A stretch of DNA of 64,000 bases from Octopus vulgaris (taxonomy: Eukaryota): positions 36,828,001 through 36,892,000 of the forward strand of contig OX597836.1 of assembly GCA_951406725.2 (NCBI GenBank), in the 5' to 3' direction. The position numbers were made by a program, and so were the translations under genes. The notes beneath the pieces were generated by a model. The model was given only the letters and a program-made list of their open reading frames with translations, searched no databases and was not told the DNA's origin. This document shows positions 1 to 11,140 of this stretch, one piece after another (positions within the stretch are counted from its first letter, which is position 1; every line of letters starts with the position of its first letter).

Positions 1-620
1 TGTGTGAGACCACGGGGAAAGCTTACGTTCATGTGTGGTATTAGCTGCCTTCTAAACACCAATATGGTTAGAAAAATACAAGATGAACTGGACATCTATC
101 GATCACTTGGAAGGAGTTTGCACATTTATTACCCAAAATTTCAGTTTTATACATATTATTAATTATAAAGCAATAGGATATGTGTGGAGGCACATGGCCT
201 TGTGGTTAGAGCAGCGGACTTGCAGTCGAGGGATCGCGGGTTCGAATCTCAGACCGGGCGGCGTGTGTGTTTATGAGCGAAACACCTAAGCTCCACGCGG
301 CTCCGGCAGAAGGTAATGGCGAACCTCTGCTGACTCTTTCGCCTCAACTTGCTCTCACTCTTTCATCCTGCATCTTGCAGCTCACCTGCGATGGGCCGGC
401 GTCCCGTCCAGGTGGGGAACCTATACGCCAAGAAACCGGGAAACCGGCATTTATGAGTCAGGCATGGCTCGGGAAGGAACAAACAACAATAGGATATGTA
501 ACAACCTGTGTTATTCGATCTTGATTATTCGGGAGAGCATGCAACTCCTTACGTCATGCACCAGAAATGATTCTGATGTCAGGGACTAAAAGTTTCAAAG
601 ATCATAAGATTTATAGGATA
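1..620 (+). mobile_element. Decayed 3' part of an RLE non-LTR retrotransposon (R4/Dong-like), interrupted by a SINE
   Basis: 37-145 translates ISCLLNTNMVRKIQDELDIYRSLGRSLHIYYPKF, then ...AIGYV. It aligns with the RLE domains at 1340-1530 and 2140-2320. Confidence 0.6.
184..489 (+). mobile_element. tRNA-derived SINE, family A
   Basis: A/B-box head (TGGCCTTGTGGTTAG ... GGTTCGAATCTC), (AAC)n-like tail, target-site duplication CAATAGGATATGT at 171-183 and 487-499. Confidence 0.9.
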
Positions 621-754
621 GTGAATATAACAAGATGCTTTCCCTCACAACTTTGGTAATATGCAAGTGGCCGATCGACATTAATTATAGATTAAAAAGA
701 GAAAGAGAACATACATACATACATACAAAAATACACGCATGCATTCATATATAC

Positions 755-886
755 ATATAGTAAAAATATGCAAGACTTTTCTCAAGTTACAAATGTGAAT
801 TTGCCTGAGGTAACTACATCCCAAAGATGGAGCCTTGTAGCTTTGTTGAAAACCACCCCTCTCCTCAGTAGAAGATTTACAATAAT
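755..886 (+). mobile_element. R4/Dong-like retrotransposon extreme 3' end (ORF C-terminus + 3' UTR)
   Basis: 757-798 reads IVKICKTFLKLQM*. The 3' UTR is homologous to 1615-1710 and 2410-2505, and the piece is flanked by CATA repeats. Confidence 0.7.
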
Positions 887-935
887 ACATGCATACATGT
901 ATATATACATACACGCATACATGAATAGATACATA

Positions 936-1075
936 CAGCTGACAGGAAAACTACATATTGAAGCCATCTCTGGAACTGTAAAATTCTGTAAAACCTTCCA
1001 GCGGTTATCATTTAAATATGAACATGTCTAGATATGCAAGTATATTCATATATAATATGCTTTGTATTCATAATA
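936..1075 (+). mobile_element. R4/Dong-like retrotransposon extreme 3' end
   Basis: LTGKLHIEAISGTVKFCKTFQR has the same SGTVKxCKTF C-terminal motif as the neighbouring copies. Confidence 0.65.
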
Positions 1076-1122
1076 CAAAACATACAACACAGCACATATA
1101 CATACATGTATACATACGTACA

Positions 1123-1248
1123 AAATACCCTGTTGCTGATGTTGAGATTCCAATGAAGGCGCATTGGATGTATGTTAGAATCTGATCCTGTCTCTATTGG
1201 CACGAAATCTTGAAATAAAACTGAATAATGACATATATACATACATAC
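1123..1248 (+). mobile_element. 3' UTR-only fragment of a related RLE retrotransposon with CATA tail
   Basis: CCAATGAAGGCGCATTGG...GTTAGAATC resembles the UTR motif CCAAAGATGGAGCCTTG...GTTGAAAACC at 821-855. It ends in CATATATACATACATACA. Confidence 0.5.
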
Positions 1249-1249
1249 A

Positions 1250-1710
1250 ACACAAAGAATACCGGTGAAACATTGCTATCAAAACATGTCAGGGGCGTAT
1301 ATTGTCGTATAGGACAGTCAACGAAAAGTATTTCCTATTAGAGGTCACTTTTCCTGTTCATCTCAATGTCGTTTTGAAGACCAAAGAGAACGAGAACAAC
1401 CATGGACCTCGAAACCTCCAGCTCCTATACATGGAGGCTAAATTTACATTTATAACAATAATTGGTGTCCATAGATTTGTGAGTATACGTCTAAGTGACA
1501 ACTTGGGTAAGCTACAACTTTCAGAAAAAAATCAGCCAAGTAACTCGCACGTTACAAATGCAATCTGTCAGTAGAACAGTAAAAATATGGTAAACTTTTC
1601 TCAAGTTTAGAATTTGACACTGGATGTGTTATGTATATTACAAAGATAGAGCTTTGTATCTTTGTTAGAAATCAGTCCCATCCTCGGAGGAAGGATAGAA
1701 ATAATTCAAA
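1250..1710 (+). mobile_element. 5'-truncated R4/Dong-like retrotransposon (RLE domain + 3' UTR)
   Basis: ORF 1302-1574 contains LEVTFPVHLNVVLKTKENENNHGPRNLQLLYMEAKFTFITII (RLE E-x-S-x-P...K..EK...Y-type motif), then QSVSRTVKIW*TFLKF. Confidence 0.75.
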
Positions 1711-1734
1711 TCCGAAGGGAATATACATACATAT

Positions 1735-2505
1735 AACACTTCATCATATCGCATTTCAAGGGATAGGGTCTGCGTTTGAAATATGAGAACAGGAGATTGC
1801 TACCAAAATAGATAGAAAATCAATGAGATAGTGAAGAATTCGTAGACCCAGGAGGCCGCCGAAAATGTAGATTATATAGCATTTTCGTTGGAAACATCAC
1901 ACTTGCAATTAGCAGCTTTCACACAATGTCATCAAAATATTGCTACTCAGACAATGTACGGTGTAATTCGAAAGAAAAAGACCGGACTGGAATAAATAAA
2001 AGGATTCGCCCTGTTGTTGAATATATGTACAAACATCGAAACGGAATGCTGCTGGAACATTCCCATGAAAACTTCAATCTAGTGTAAAGGCAACACACCG
2101 GATATTGTTGCTTGGAATAGACAAACAAATGTATGTACCATCATAGAGTTGAGCTGCCCTATTGTTGCAAATACATTTTGGAAAACAAAGGGACAAAGAA
2201 TAACAAAGGACAACCGCTTTGTAACATTAAATGTGTATATCCAAATTATAATTTCTCATTTATAGCAAAATATTTGATACACTGTCTCAATAATTATCTG
2301 GATATGCTGGAACTATCACAAAAAAATGTAAGTAGTTAATTTGCACATTAAAAATTCAATTTGTATGTGGAACAATAAAAATATGTAAGACATTTCTTGA
2401 GTTTGAAATGTGAATTTGCTTTCGTTATCTACACTCCAACAATGGAGTTTCGTATCTTTTTTCTCAGAAACCAGCTTCTTCTTTACAGGAAGATTTCAAA
2501 TAATT
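1735..2505 (+). mobile_element. 5'-truncated R4/Dong-like retrotransposon (zinc knuckle + RLE + 3' UTR), pseudogenised
   Basis: AFEI*EQEIATK (~1772); KCRLYSIFVGNITLAISSFHTMSSKY (decayed CCHC knuckle, ~1863-1945); WNIPMKTSI*CKGNTPDIVAWNRQTNVCTIIELSCP (2053-2160, PD-(D/E)xK nuclease); GTIKICKTFLEFEM* (2369-2413). Confidence 0.85.
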
Positions 2506-2626
2506 AAAAACTAGAAAATACTATCTATCCATATATACACAAATAATTAAAAGCTAGAAAATACTATCTATCCATATATACACAAATAATTAAAAACTAG
2601 AAAATACTATCTATCCATATATACAC
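2498..2626. repeat. ~43-bp tandem repeat, 3 copies
   Basis: AAATAATTAAAAACTAGAAAATACTATCTATCCATATATACAC is repeated at 2498, 2541 and 2584. Confidence 0.9.
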
Positions 2627-3193
2627 ACACATACCTTTATACATACACACACACTTATAGTTTCACCAGTTTATACTATACACATTCAGCCAAAGTTAAG
2701 AATTATACTTTTTCCTTCGGAGAATTCTCAGATAACGATGATAATCTCCTTAGGATTAACAATTTTATTTTTATGTGCAGTAATGTTATTTGCCAATAAC
2801 CAATATCGTTAAGTTATATATGAGATCCTCAAGGAAAGCGTTAATACAGCAAGTAATGGCAGCGGTTGCGTCTGCGCTAAAAGCGATCCAAATTATAGAG
2901 CCAAAAGATAACCAGTTCTGTAGAGCAGAACATATACACCCACATGTATACATGCACAACATATATATATTATTTATATATTATTTTATTTTTTTCTGTG
3001 TTTCAGCCATTTGACTGTGGCCATGCTGGAGCATTGCTTTTAGTCGCAGAAATCGACATCCAAGAGTTATTCTTTCTAAGCATAGTACTTGTTCCATCGG
3101 TGTCTGTTGTCAAACCGCTATGTTACGGTGACACAAACACACCAGCATCGGTTGTCAAGCGATGGTAGTGGAACAAACGCAGTACACACAAAC

Positions 3194-3247
<54 letters not shown>

Positions 3248-4041
3248 GTAATAATGAAGGGTGAAATTAATTAATTTGGAATAATTATCAATTACACCAA
3301 GTAGTCTTCGGCATGTAAAAGCCTCATTCGAGGAAAATTTAAGTAATACTAAGCAATAAAGGGTTTAGCAACGAATACCACAGACCGAATATAGCAGTCA
3401 AAGAGTTATAGCTATTTCTTCTACTAAAATATACACAAATAATTAAAAACTAGAAAATACTATCTATCCATATATACACACACATACCTTTATACATACA
3501 CACACATTTATAGTTTCACCAGTTAATACTATACACATTCAGCCAAAGTTAAGAATTATACTTTTTCCTTCAGAGAATTCTTAGATAACGATGATAATCT
3601 CCTTAGGATTAACAATTTTATTTTTATGCGCAGTAATGTTATTTGCGAATAACCAATATCGTTAAGTTATATATGAGATCCTCAACGAAATACAGCAAGT
3701 AATGGCAGCGGTTGCGTCTGCGCTAAAAGCGATCCAAATTATAGAGCCAAAAGATAACCAGTTCTGTAGAGCAGAACATATACACCCACATGTATACATG
3801 CACAACATATATATATTATTTATATATTCTTTAATTTTTTCTGTGATTCAGGCATTTGACTGTGGCCATGCTGGAGCATTGCCTTTAGTCGAAGAAATCG
3901 ACTCCCAAGACTTATTCTTTCTAAGCATAATGCTTGTTCCATCGGTGTCTTTTGTCAAACCGCTATGTTACGGTGACACAAACACACCAGCATCGGTTGT
4001 CAAGCGATGGTAGTGGAACAAACGCAGACACGCAAACATAT

Positions 4042-4120
<79 letters not shown>
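2575..4120. repeat. Local direct duplication (~2575-3245 / ~3430-4120), each copy containing a minus-strand SINE family C 3' part
   Basis: Near-identical sequence over ~620 bp plus (TA)n. ORFs 2790 and 3702 share MAAVASALKAIQIIEPKDNQ. Confidence 0.95.
3246..3429. mobile_element. (TA)n-abutting short element end (family shared with 8761, 57410, 61450)
   Basis: TAATGA(A/G)GG...TATCAATT..ACCA.GTAGTC...GCAT start motif recurs directly after (TA)n at 57411 and 61452. Confidence 0.55.
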
Positions 4121-4124
<4 letters not shown>

Positions 4125-5899
4125 GTCATCCCATAAATAATGAGGTTTTTTATACGTCTTGTATTCCTCAAAATTATAAAAAAACAATTTCTGTATTAAC
4201 CTACAATGTGCTCTGCTCTATTTTCTACAATGCTCTTCCATCTACCGGGTAGACTTGCTTGCAAGACCCCTCTTCTAAATCTCACTTGGCCGTGAAAAGT
4301 ACTCATCTAGTACTGTTCTAACCTCGTATACAGAAGCCATATCTTCTCCGTCCTGATGATTTTGAAGACTACGAAATAAATGATAATCAGATGGGGCAAT
4401 GTCCGACAATTATGGTGCGTGGGCCATCGTTTTCCATTCAAATTTTTTCAGCCTTTGGAATGTCATCCTCGTTGTATCTGCCCGAGCATTATCCTGGTGG
4501 AGGAACACCTTTGGTCTTTTAAACCAGAGATGGTCGTTGTTCATCTCGTACTGACTTAAGCCGCTCAAGCTGCTCGCATCAGATCTCTCTTGTTATCGTT
4601 TGGTTTGGGTTTGAAAGATCAAAGTGGACTGCACCATTCATATCCCACCAAACAGGTAACAAAACTTTACGTGTTTGAATACCTTCTTTAGCCTGGGATA
4701 CCTCTGTTTCTCTTTCCCTACCCACTGTCTTCGGCGCTGGACATTTTTATAGAGGACCCAATTCTCGTTCCGTCATAAAAGGTTCGTGAGATGTAGCACC
4801 AAAGAGGCGCACACATTCACTTACTCTGCGCTATTAGACTCGGAAAGTTTGTTAGAAACCCATTGACCCTAGTGACTGACTTTTCCGAAAGCACGCTGGT
4901 ATCGATGAATAGTTGGATGACCAAATTTAAGCTTCTCTGCTAGTTCCTCAACAATTATGATGGAATTTTACCCCCACTAATGTTCGCAGGACGCCCTCGT
5001 CACGCTCCACAGATCTTCCAGGACGAGGCTTGTCTTCTGGACTGTAGTTTTCGACACGAAATTTCTGGAAACCGCCGTTGGAACTGGCTTACGCTTATTT
5101 TCCGATCCTTGGCGGCGAGCTGGCAGAAACGTTAGCACGTCTGTCGTTACGTTCTGAGTTCAAATTCCGCCGAGGTCGACTTTGCCTTTCATCCTTTCGG
5201 GGTCGATAAATTAAGTACCGGTTTCGCACTGAGATCGATGTAATCGACTTAATCCGTTTGTCTGTCCTTGTTTGTCCCCTCTATGTTTAGCCCCTTGTGG
5301 GTAATAAAGAAATATATTGTCCGATCCCCATTTACTGCATTAATATTCGTCGCACTTACCCCGAAAATAATTACCATTCTCCAAAATTAAAGAGTTAAGC
5401 AAAGCTTCCCTAGGGAAGACATATATTATTTAAATGTTCTTTTGTTAATAAGAAAATAAAACAATTCGATTTATGTCTATGCTGAAAGGAATTTCTCCAC
5501 AGAATACTTTTTTAACACACTTGTCACTTTTTATGTCCTTGGTCGAAGAGATAAAACTATCTTTTCCTCCCATTTCATTTCTCTCTCTCTCTCCCCTTCT
5601 TCCCTCTTCCCCTCACTTTACTCTCTTTCCCTCTCTGTTAATGCAAACATGCTCAAGCAAAAATACTTTCCGTTGCGTTGTTGCCTTTATTTAACTCATA
5701 AAGCAAAATATGCCGAATATACTTCTTTGTCTCCTCTATTATTGCCTTGAAAAAGTAACTACTAAAATCAAACTGCACGCTTCGTAAGTTGCACTAACTG
5801 CTTTTATAGGAAGTTCATGCCAGTAGTTTATCTCGTCCACCACCTCCCACCGTTAGTTCATGCAACTGAACAATCCGCATTATTTAGGAGATGACCCAA
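4121..5899 (-). mobile_element. Full-length decayed mariner (DD34D) transposon with two internal insertions
   Basis: TIRs TTGGGTCATCCCATAAATAATG / CATTATTTAGGAGATGACCCAA with TA flanks. Minus strand reads YIRHILLYELNKGNNATES (N-terminal HTH) and FLHQDNARAD...AHAP*LSDIAPSDYHLFRSLQNH. Confidence 0.92.
5109..5314 (+). mobile_element. SINE family B (Meta-domain-like) inserted in the mariner
   Basis: GGCGGCGAGCTGGCAGAAACGTTAGC head, GCCTTTCATCCTTTCGGGGTCGATAAATTAAGTACC core, TSD TATT(T/G)TCCGATCC at 5096-5108 and 5315-5327. Confidence 0.9.
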
Positions 5900-5906
5900 T
5901 ATATAG

Positions 5907-6077
5907 CGTGGCTATGTGGTAAGAAGCGGGCATTCCAACCACATGGTTCCGGGTTCAGTCCCACTGCATGGCAACTTGAGCAACTGTCTTCTACTATAGC
6001 CTCGGACTAACCAAAGCCCTGTGAGTGAATTTGGTAGATGGAAACTGAAAGAATCCTGTCGTATATGTATGCAAATA

Positions 6078-6108
<31 letters not shown>

Positions 6109-6335
6109 TTGTATTTATGTATGTATACTTTGAGTGTCCGTGTTTGCCCCCAACATCGCTTGACAACTGATGCTGGTATGTTTACGTCCCCGTCACTTAA
6201 CGGTTCAGCAAGAGAGACCGGTAGAATAAGTACTAGGCTTACAAAAAATGAGTCCTGGTGTCGATTTGTTCGACTAAAGGCAGTACCCCTGCATGGCCGC
6301 AGTCAAATGACTGAAACAAGTAAAAGAATGAAAGA
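5907..6335 (+). mobile_element. SINE family C (CORE-like)
   Basis: GTGGCTATGTGGTAAG...GGGTTCAGTCCCACTGC head, CAACTTGAGCAACTG core, ATGACTGAAACAAGTAAAAG tail; same family as 33926 and 58153. Confidence 0.88.
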
Positions 6336-7349
6336 ATGTCATAAATTAAATTCAGTTATTGCCATAAATTAATATCATAGCAATAATGTTAATGCAGATA
6401 TATCCATGCCAAAATACGATCGTAACTTTGCATGAGCATGCCTGCATTAACAGAGAGGGAAATAGGAGAAAGAGAGGGGAGAGTTTGAGTGAGATAAATG
6501 AAGTGGAGAGAAAGATAATTTTATCTCTTCGACCAAGGACGTAAAAAGTGACAAGTGTATTAAAAAAGTATTCTGTGGAGAAATTCCTTTCAGCATAGAC
6601 ATAAATTGAATTGTTTTATTTTGTTATTAACAAAAGAACATTTATATAATACATGTCTTCTCTGCAGCCATATAAAAACTCCCTATGGAAGCTTTGCTTA
6701 ACTCTTTAATTTTGGAGAATGGTAATTATTTTCAGGCTTATAGCATTTATGGTTTAAGTGAGAATTTTTATTTTTACAAAATTGATATAGGAAAGCAATT
6801 AATATTCCGTATAAAAGTATTTGAAAAACAATTCTGAATTCCTAAAAATCTATAAATAGGTTATTTACATAGATTTTGACTCCGTTGACATTTAATATGA
6901 TTACAGACTATTAATGAGGCTATAAAAAATTACTTGTCAAACCTTAAATCACCTGAGCGCCAGATGTTTATTGTTTTATACGTGAAAGCAACAAAACACC
7001 GTATTCAATTACTTAAGTATTTATACTCGACAAACTTAATCTCATTTTGTTCAATACAACAGTTTGTCTGCTTAGAAATCTATTCTTAAAATAGACGAAG
7101 ATATCTTCCAGTATGTATGAACGATATGTTCATACGAGAAACAAAGCATTAATTTCTTTACAAAATCTGTTTACCGTTTACGATGCTTCTTATTTATTTC
7201 CTACTAGGAAACTAGAGTTCTTAATTATCTTTCAAATATTCATTTACAGATCTCCCCGAAATCCCTGACTTTCTAAACAATTGCTCCATTTTATGAGTTT
7301 AAGGTGAATGAATACTCTTGACCTTTACTTGTTTCAGTCATTTAGACTG

Positions 7350-7773
7350 TGGTCATGCTGGAGCGCTACTTTGTTGAGCTTTTAGTCGAACGAATCGACT
7401 AAAGTATGTTTCTTTAACAGCCATGATGGAGCACAATCTTATTAGTTGAACGCATCACCTAAATTTCTTTTCATTCAAGATTCTGTCAGCCTGGTCATGC
7501 TGGAACACTACTTTGTTGAGTTTTTAGTCGAACGAATCGACTAAAGTACGTTTCTTTAAAAACCATTGTGAAGCACAATTTTTTAGTCGAACGTATCAAC
7601 TGAAGTTCTTTTCATTCAAGATTCTGTCAGCCTGGTCATGCTGGAGAACTAATTTGTTGAGTTTTTAGTCGAACGAATCGACTAAAGTGCGTTTCTTTAA
7701 AAAACCTGGTGGAGCACAATTTTTTAGTTGAACATATCAACTGAAGTTCTTTTCATTAAAGATTTTGTCAGCC
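7350..7773. repeat. ~141-bp tandem repeat (3 copies) derived from a SINE C 3' segment
   Basis: Units start TGGTCATGCTGGA at ~7350, 7492 and 7633, directly after the SINE tail TTTACTTGTTTCAGTCATT. Confidence 0.88.
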
Positions 7774-8224
7774 TGCCGCCTTCGACGGCGAGTAATACTG
7801 ACATACATTATTTTTTTAAGCAACAAAAAATTATTTTGAATAAAAGACTTGAAAGCTATCTTGTGCAATATTTTTTTTTTAATTCGTAGTAAAATGCTTA
7901 ACCGTCCACAAAACATTTTTCTAGTTCATATAGAATGAATAAAAAAATTATTGTTGACTACATTAGGCACATGAGATTTTTACAATGTCTCCGTCTATTA
8001 ACCGGTGAGATTAAGAAAATATAACGATTCTCAAAATAACGGTTGGTCATTGTTTAAAAGAATTTAGACTCTAAGAAATGCAACATTTGAAAAAAAATGC
8101 AGATTGATGACCTCCAGTTCGGACGTTGGCCGAAATTTACAGTGCATAACTAAAATATTATAATTCACTTAGAGTCTAACAATAGTGTATTTAAATCGGT
8201 GTTGTGGATACTATAGATGTTTTA

Positions 8225-8710
8225 TCTCTTACATCTTTCAATCATTAGACTGCGACCAAGCTGGGGTACACGTGAAGACACGTGATTTTGTCGTAAGGGG
8301 TCTCGGCTCACGGTCGTAAGCTCGTGAGCTCAATATTTCACGTTGCTCCAGTCCAGTCAGCTAGCAAAAATAAGTTGTACAAGTAATTGAAAGGTCCAGC
8401 ATTTTCGCATTATTTCTCGCCTAATCTCCGTGAGTACTACGTTAACGGTACGCGTGCCTGCGCAGTGTTCAGTCACCTGCAGGGTTAATGACACGAACAG
8501 GTGATTCCGTTGATCGGATCAACTGGAACACTCGTCGCCGTAACCGACAGAGTCTCAGTCGAATAAATCGAGGCAACTCCCAATTGTTATGCTTGGTAAT
8601 TACTCTATCGTTCTACTTTTGTTGAACCACTAGGTGTCCGTGTACTAAACAAACCGAGTCTGGTTCTTAAGTGATGGGATGAGACAAACAGAAACACAAA
8701 GACTCACAAA
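8225..8710. mobile_element. Old nested SINE fragments (family C minus, with a family-A-related plus-strand copy at ~8300-8560)
   Basis: 8440-8555 matches 47495-47615. 8235-8270 and 8560-8700 match the SINE C tail. Confidence 0.6.
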
Positions 8711-8760
8711 TACACAATCTCACACACATCGCTGTCACACATACATGCATATATATATAT

Positions 8761-9182
8761 ATTTAACAATTAAGGATAACTTCTTAATAAGGAATCTTAA
8801 CAAGAAATTATCAGGTAGTTAGCGTGAAAAACCTCATAAGAGAAAAGAATTCGAAAATAATTTTTTTCCTTTTGAACATATTAATTATATTTATATTGTA
8901 TAGAGGGCATTATTACACATAAATGCCTCACACTAAGACGGACAAAGCCATTACTACCAAAATTACACTAATCATACCTAATGCAGTTCTTCAAAGCAAG
9001 ATGCTGATGATCATAGACGTAATTTTATACGTTAAATGTGAAATCACGGGTGATACAGAACTAAATTAACTTTTTAAATGTCTTGCTTTGAAGAACTGCA
9101 TTAGGTATGATTAGTGTAATTTTGGTAGTAATGACTTTGTCCCTCTTAGTGTGAGGCATTTATGTGTAATAATGCCCTCTAT

Positions 9183-9190
<8 letters not shown>
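8761..9190. mobile_element. (TA)n-embedded asymmetric fold-back element
   Basis: 110-bp inverted repeat 8892-9001 / 9081-9190, plus an unpaired 130-bp tail, between TA runs. Confidence 0.8.
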
Positions 9191-9217
<27 letters not shown>

Positions 9218-9371
9218 CGAGTTTCTTTCAGTTTTCGTCTACCAAATTTACACATAATCTTGGTGGGTCCGGGAATACATTGGGATGCATTTGCCGTAGC
9301 TGCTGCGCAGTTGGAGCGACTACATTACCATATGGTTTGGTATGGGATTTTTTACCACAAAGCCACATAAA

Positions 9372-9660
9372 GATTGTTGGAAGAGATCAGCTGAGCTATG
9401 AGGGATTGTATAGGAATGGTCAAATATCAGACATCTCCAATTACCGTAGAGTCAGATTAGCAGTGCATGGCTGGAGAGCTTAAATCGAAAGTACTTGTGA
9501 AGATTTTCTGTGATAGCTGAGAATGACAAGCCAAAACCAATATTAGTCTGATTTTGTGACGACATAAACCACAATCCGTCTGACAGCCTGAATATGATGA
9601 ACAATAAAATTGGATGGTGACAGTCATGGGAGGCCGTACAACCGGATGATATTGATTGAC
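9372..9660 (+). mobile_element. RTE-like LINE 3' fragment, strongly decayed
   Basis: RDQLSYEGLYRNGQISDISNYRRVRLAVHGWR resembles the WxxHxxNEELY...RRLRLAGHCxR motif seen at 19704-19937. Confidence 0.55.
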
Positions 9661-10316
9661 AATATTTAAACAGACGATTCACCACCATTCAGCACTATGG
9701 TTTCTGTTTACTTCCCTCATATATTTTTTGTATTTTTAGTTGTTCAAAAATGTTATTGCTGCGGCTTATTGGTAAAAAAACAAAAAACAAAGATTTCATA
9801 GAGATAAGCAATGAAAATAGACAATGGTGTTTATTATCTTCTCTCGTAAATTTTGTTGTGTGATAATATATACAATGCAAACTAAGAACAAGCTCAGATC
9901 ATATCTAGAAATAAATAACGACCAAGGGAATAAAGAAGGGAAATTCAGAGGTGATGGAAACATTTTTCAGTCGCGTGAGGCACTAGACTGCCGCTATGTT
10001 TGGGAAATATCTTCAAGAATTTTAGCTGAAACAATCAGCACGAGTACTCTTTAAAACTTGGTACTTATTCTATCCAGGCAAAATGCATAACGGCATTTCG
10101 TCAGTCTTTATCATCTGAGGGTAAAATCGGCCAAGATCAGTTATGGGTTCATCCTTTTGGGGTTGATAAAATAAGTACTAGTTGAGCACTGGGGTCGATG
10201 TAAACGACTCGCATCCTCACTCGAAATTGCTGATATTGTGCCAAATTTTGAAACAAATATTAAATAGACTGTTACATAATAGTATGAGAATTAGTTGTCC
10301 CACACGTTTGCTATGT

Positions 10317-10863
10317 ACAGGGTTACCAAAAAATGAATGAACCGACTACATTACGTAATATTTTAATAAGGAAAATGTATAGAAAACTCCAGCTAAGTCA
10401 CAAGTATTTGCTCACAATCAGCTTTTATTTCCTGTCTTACAAGTGTTCCATGTGGCCACAGCGCGGGTGACATCAATGCGATAAGAGAATTCCTCCCAGA
10501 TGCGTATCAGCATATCACGATCCACTGAATTGATCGCTGTTGATATTCGATGTTTAAGGTCATCGAGGTTAGTCGGTAAAGGTTGAACATAAACGCGATC
10601 TTTTAAATATCCCCACCAGAAAAAAAAAATCACACACAGCAACCAACTCGGTGGATCGTGATATGCAGATACACGTCTGGGAGGAATTCTCTTACCGCAT
10701 TGATGTTACCTGTGCTGCGAGTGGTGGCTAGATTAAACACTTATAAGGCAGCAGATAAATGTTGCGTGTGAATAAATACTTGCGACTTAGCTGGAATTTT
10801 CTATTGATTTTCCTTATTAAAATATTTCCTTATGAAATCGGTTCATTCGTTTTGAATAGCATT
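10317..10863 (-). mobile_element. Tc1/mariner-superfamily derivative with ~215-bp inverted arms containing the transposase C-terminus
   Basis: ORF 10418-10642 reads FFFWWGYLKDRVYVQPLPTNLDDLKHRISTAINSVDRDML. Arms are 10317-10532 / 10644-10863, and the element starts TACAGGG. Confidence 0.85.
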
Positions 10864-11082
10864 GAATTTAAACAAGGTGGCTGCTTGTTCCTCTGAAATT
10901 AGTCAGAATGTAAGGTTTGAATTTCGATAAAGAGTGTTCATCATTTTAATCAATCTCAGAGGAAATAGATATATTTGTCCTGTTTGTAAATCTAATATAT
11001 AGGTTTTATACACACAGACATACACACACATGTAGCTACATGTGTGTGTGTCATTAATATTTAGTAGATCTTTATACATGTT

Positions 11083-11138
<56 letters not shown>

Positions 11139-11140
<2 letters not shown>

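Noticed and set aside
184-260. tRNA-like sequences (also 46355, 47231, 33926, 42020-42094)
   Set aside because: These are SINE heads continuing into SINE bodies with tails and TSDs, not tRNA genes.
755-2505. Apparent ~800-bp tandem triplication of a host gene segment
   Set aside because: Better explained as independent 5'-truncated RLE retrotransposon copies with different lengths and high divergence.
4353-4385. CTGATGA...CGAAA hammerhead-like match
   Set aside because: Lies on the antisense of mariner coding sequence (HLFRSLQNHQD) and has no stems I or III.
7350-7773. Regularly spaced repeats resembling a CRISPR array
   Set aside because: The whole 141-bp unit repeats with no unique spacers, it is SINE-derived, and the DNA is eukaryotic with no cas genes.
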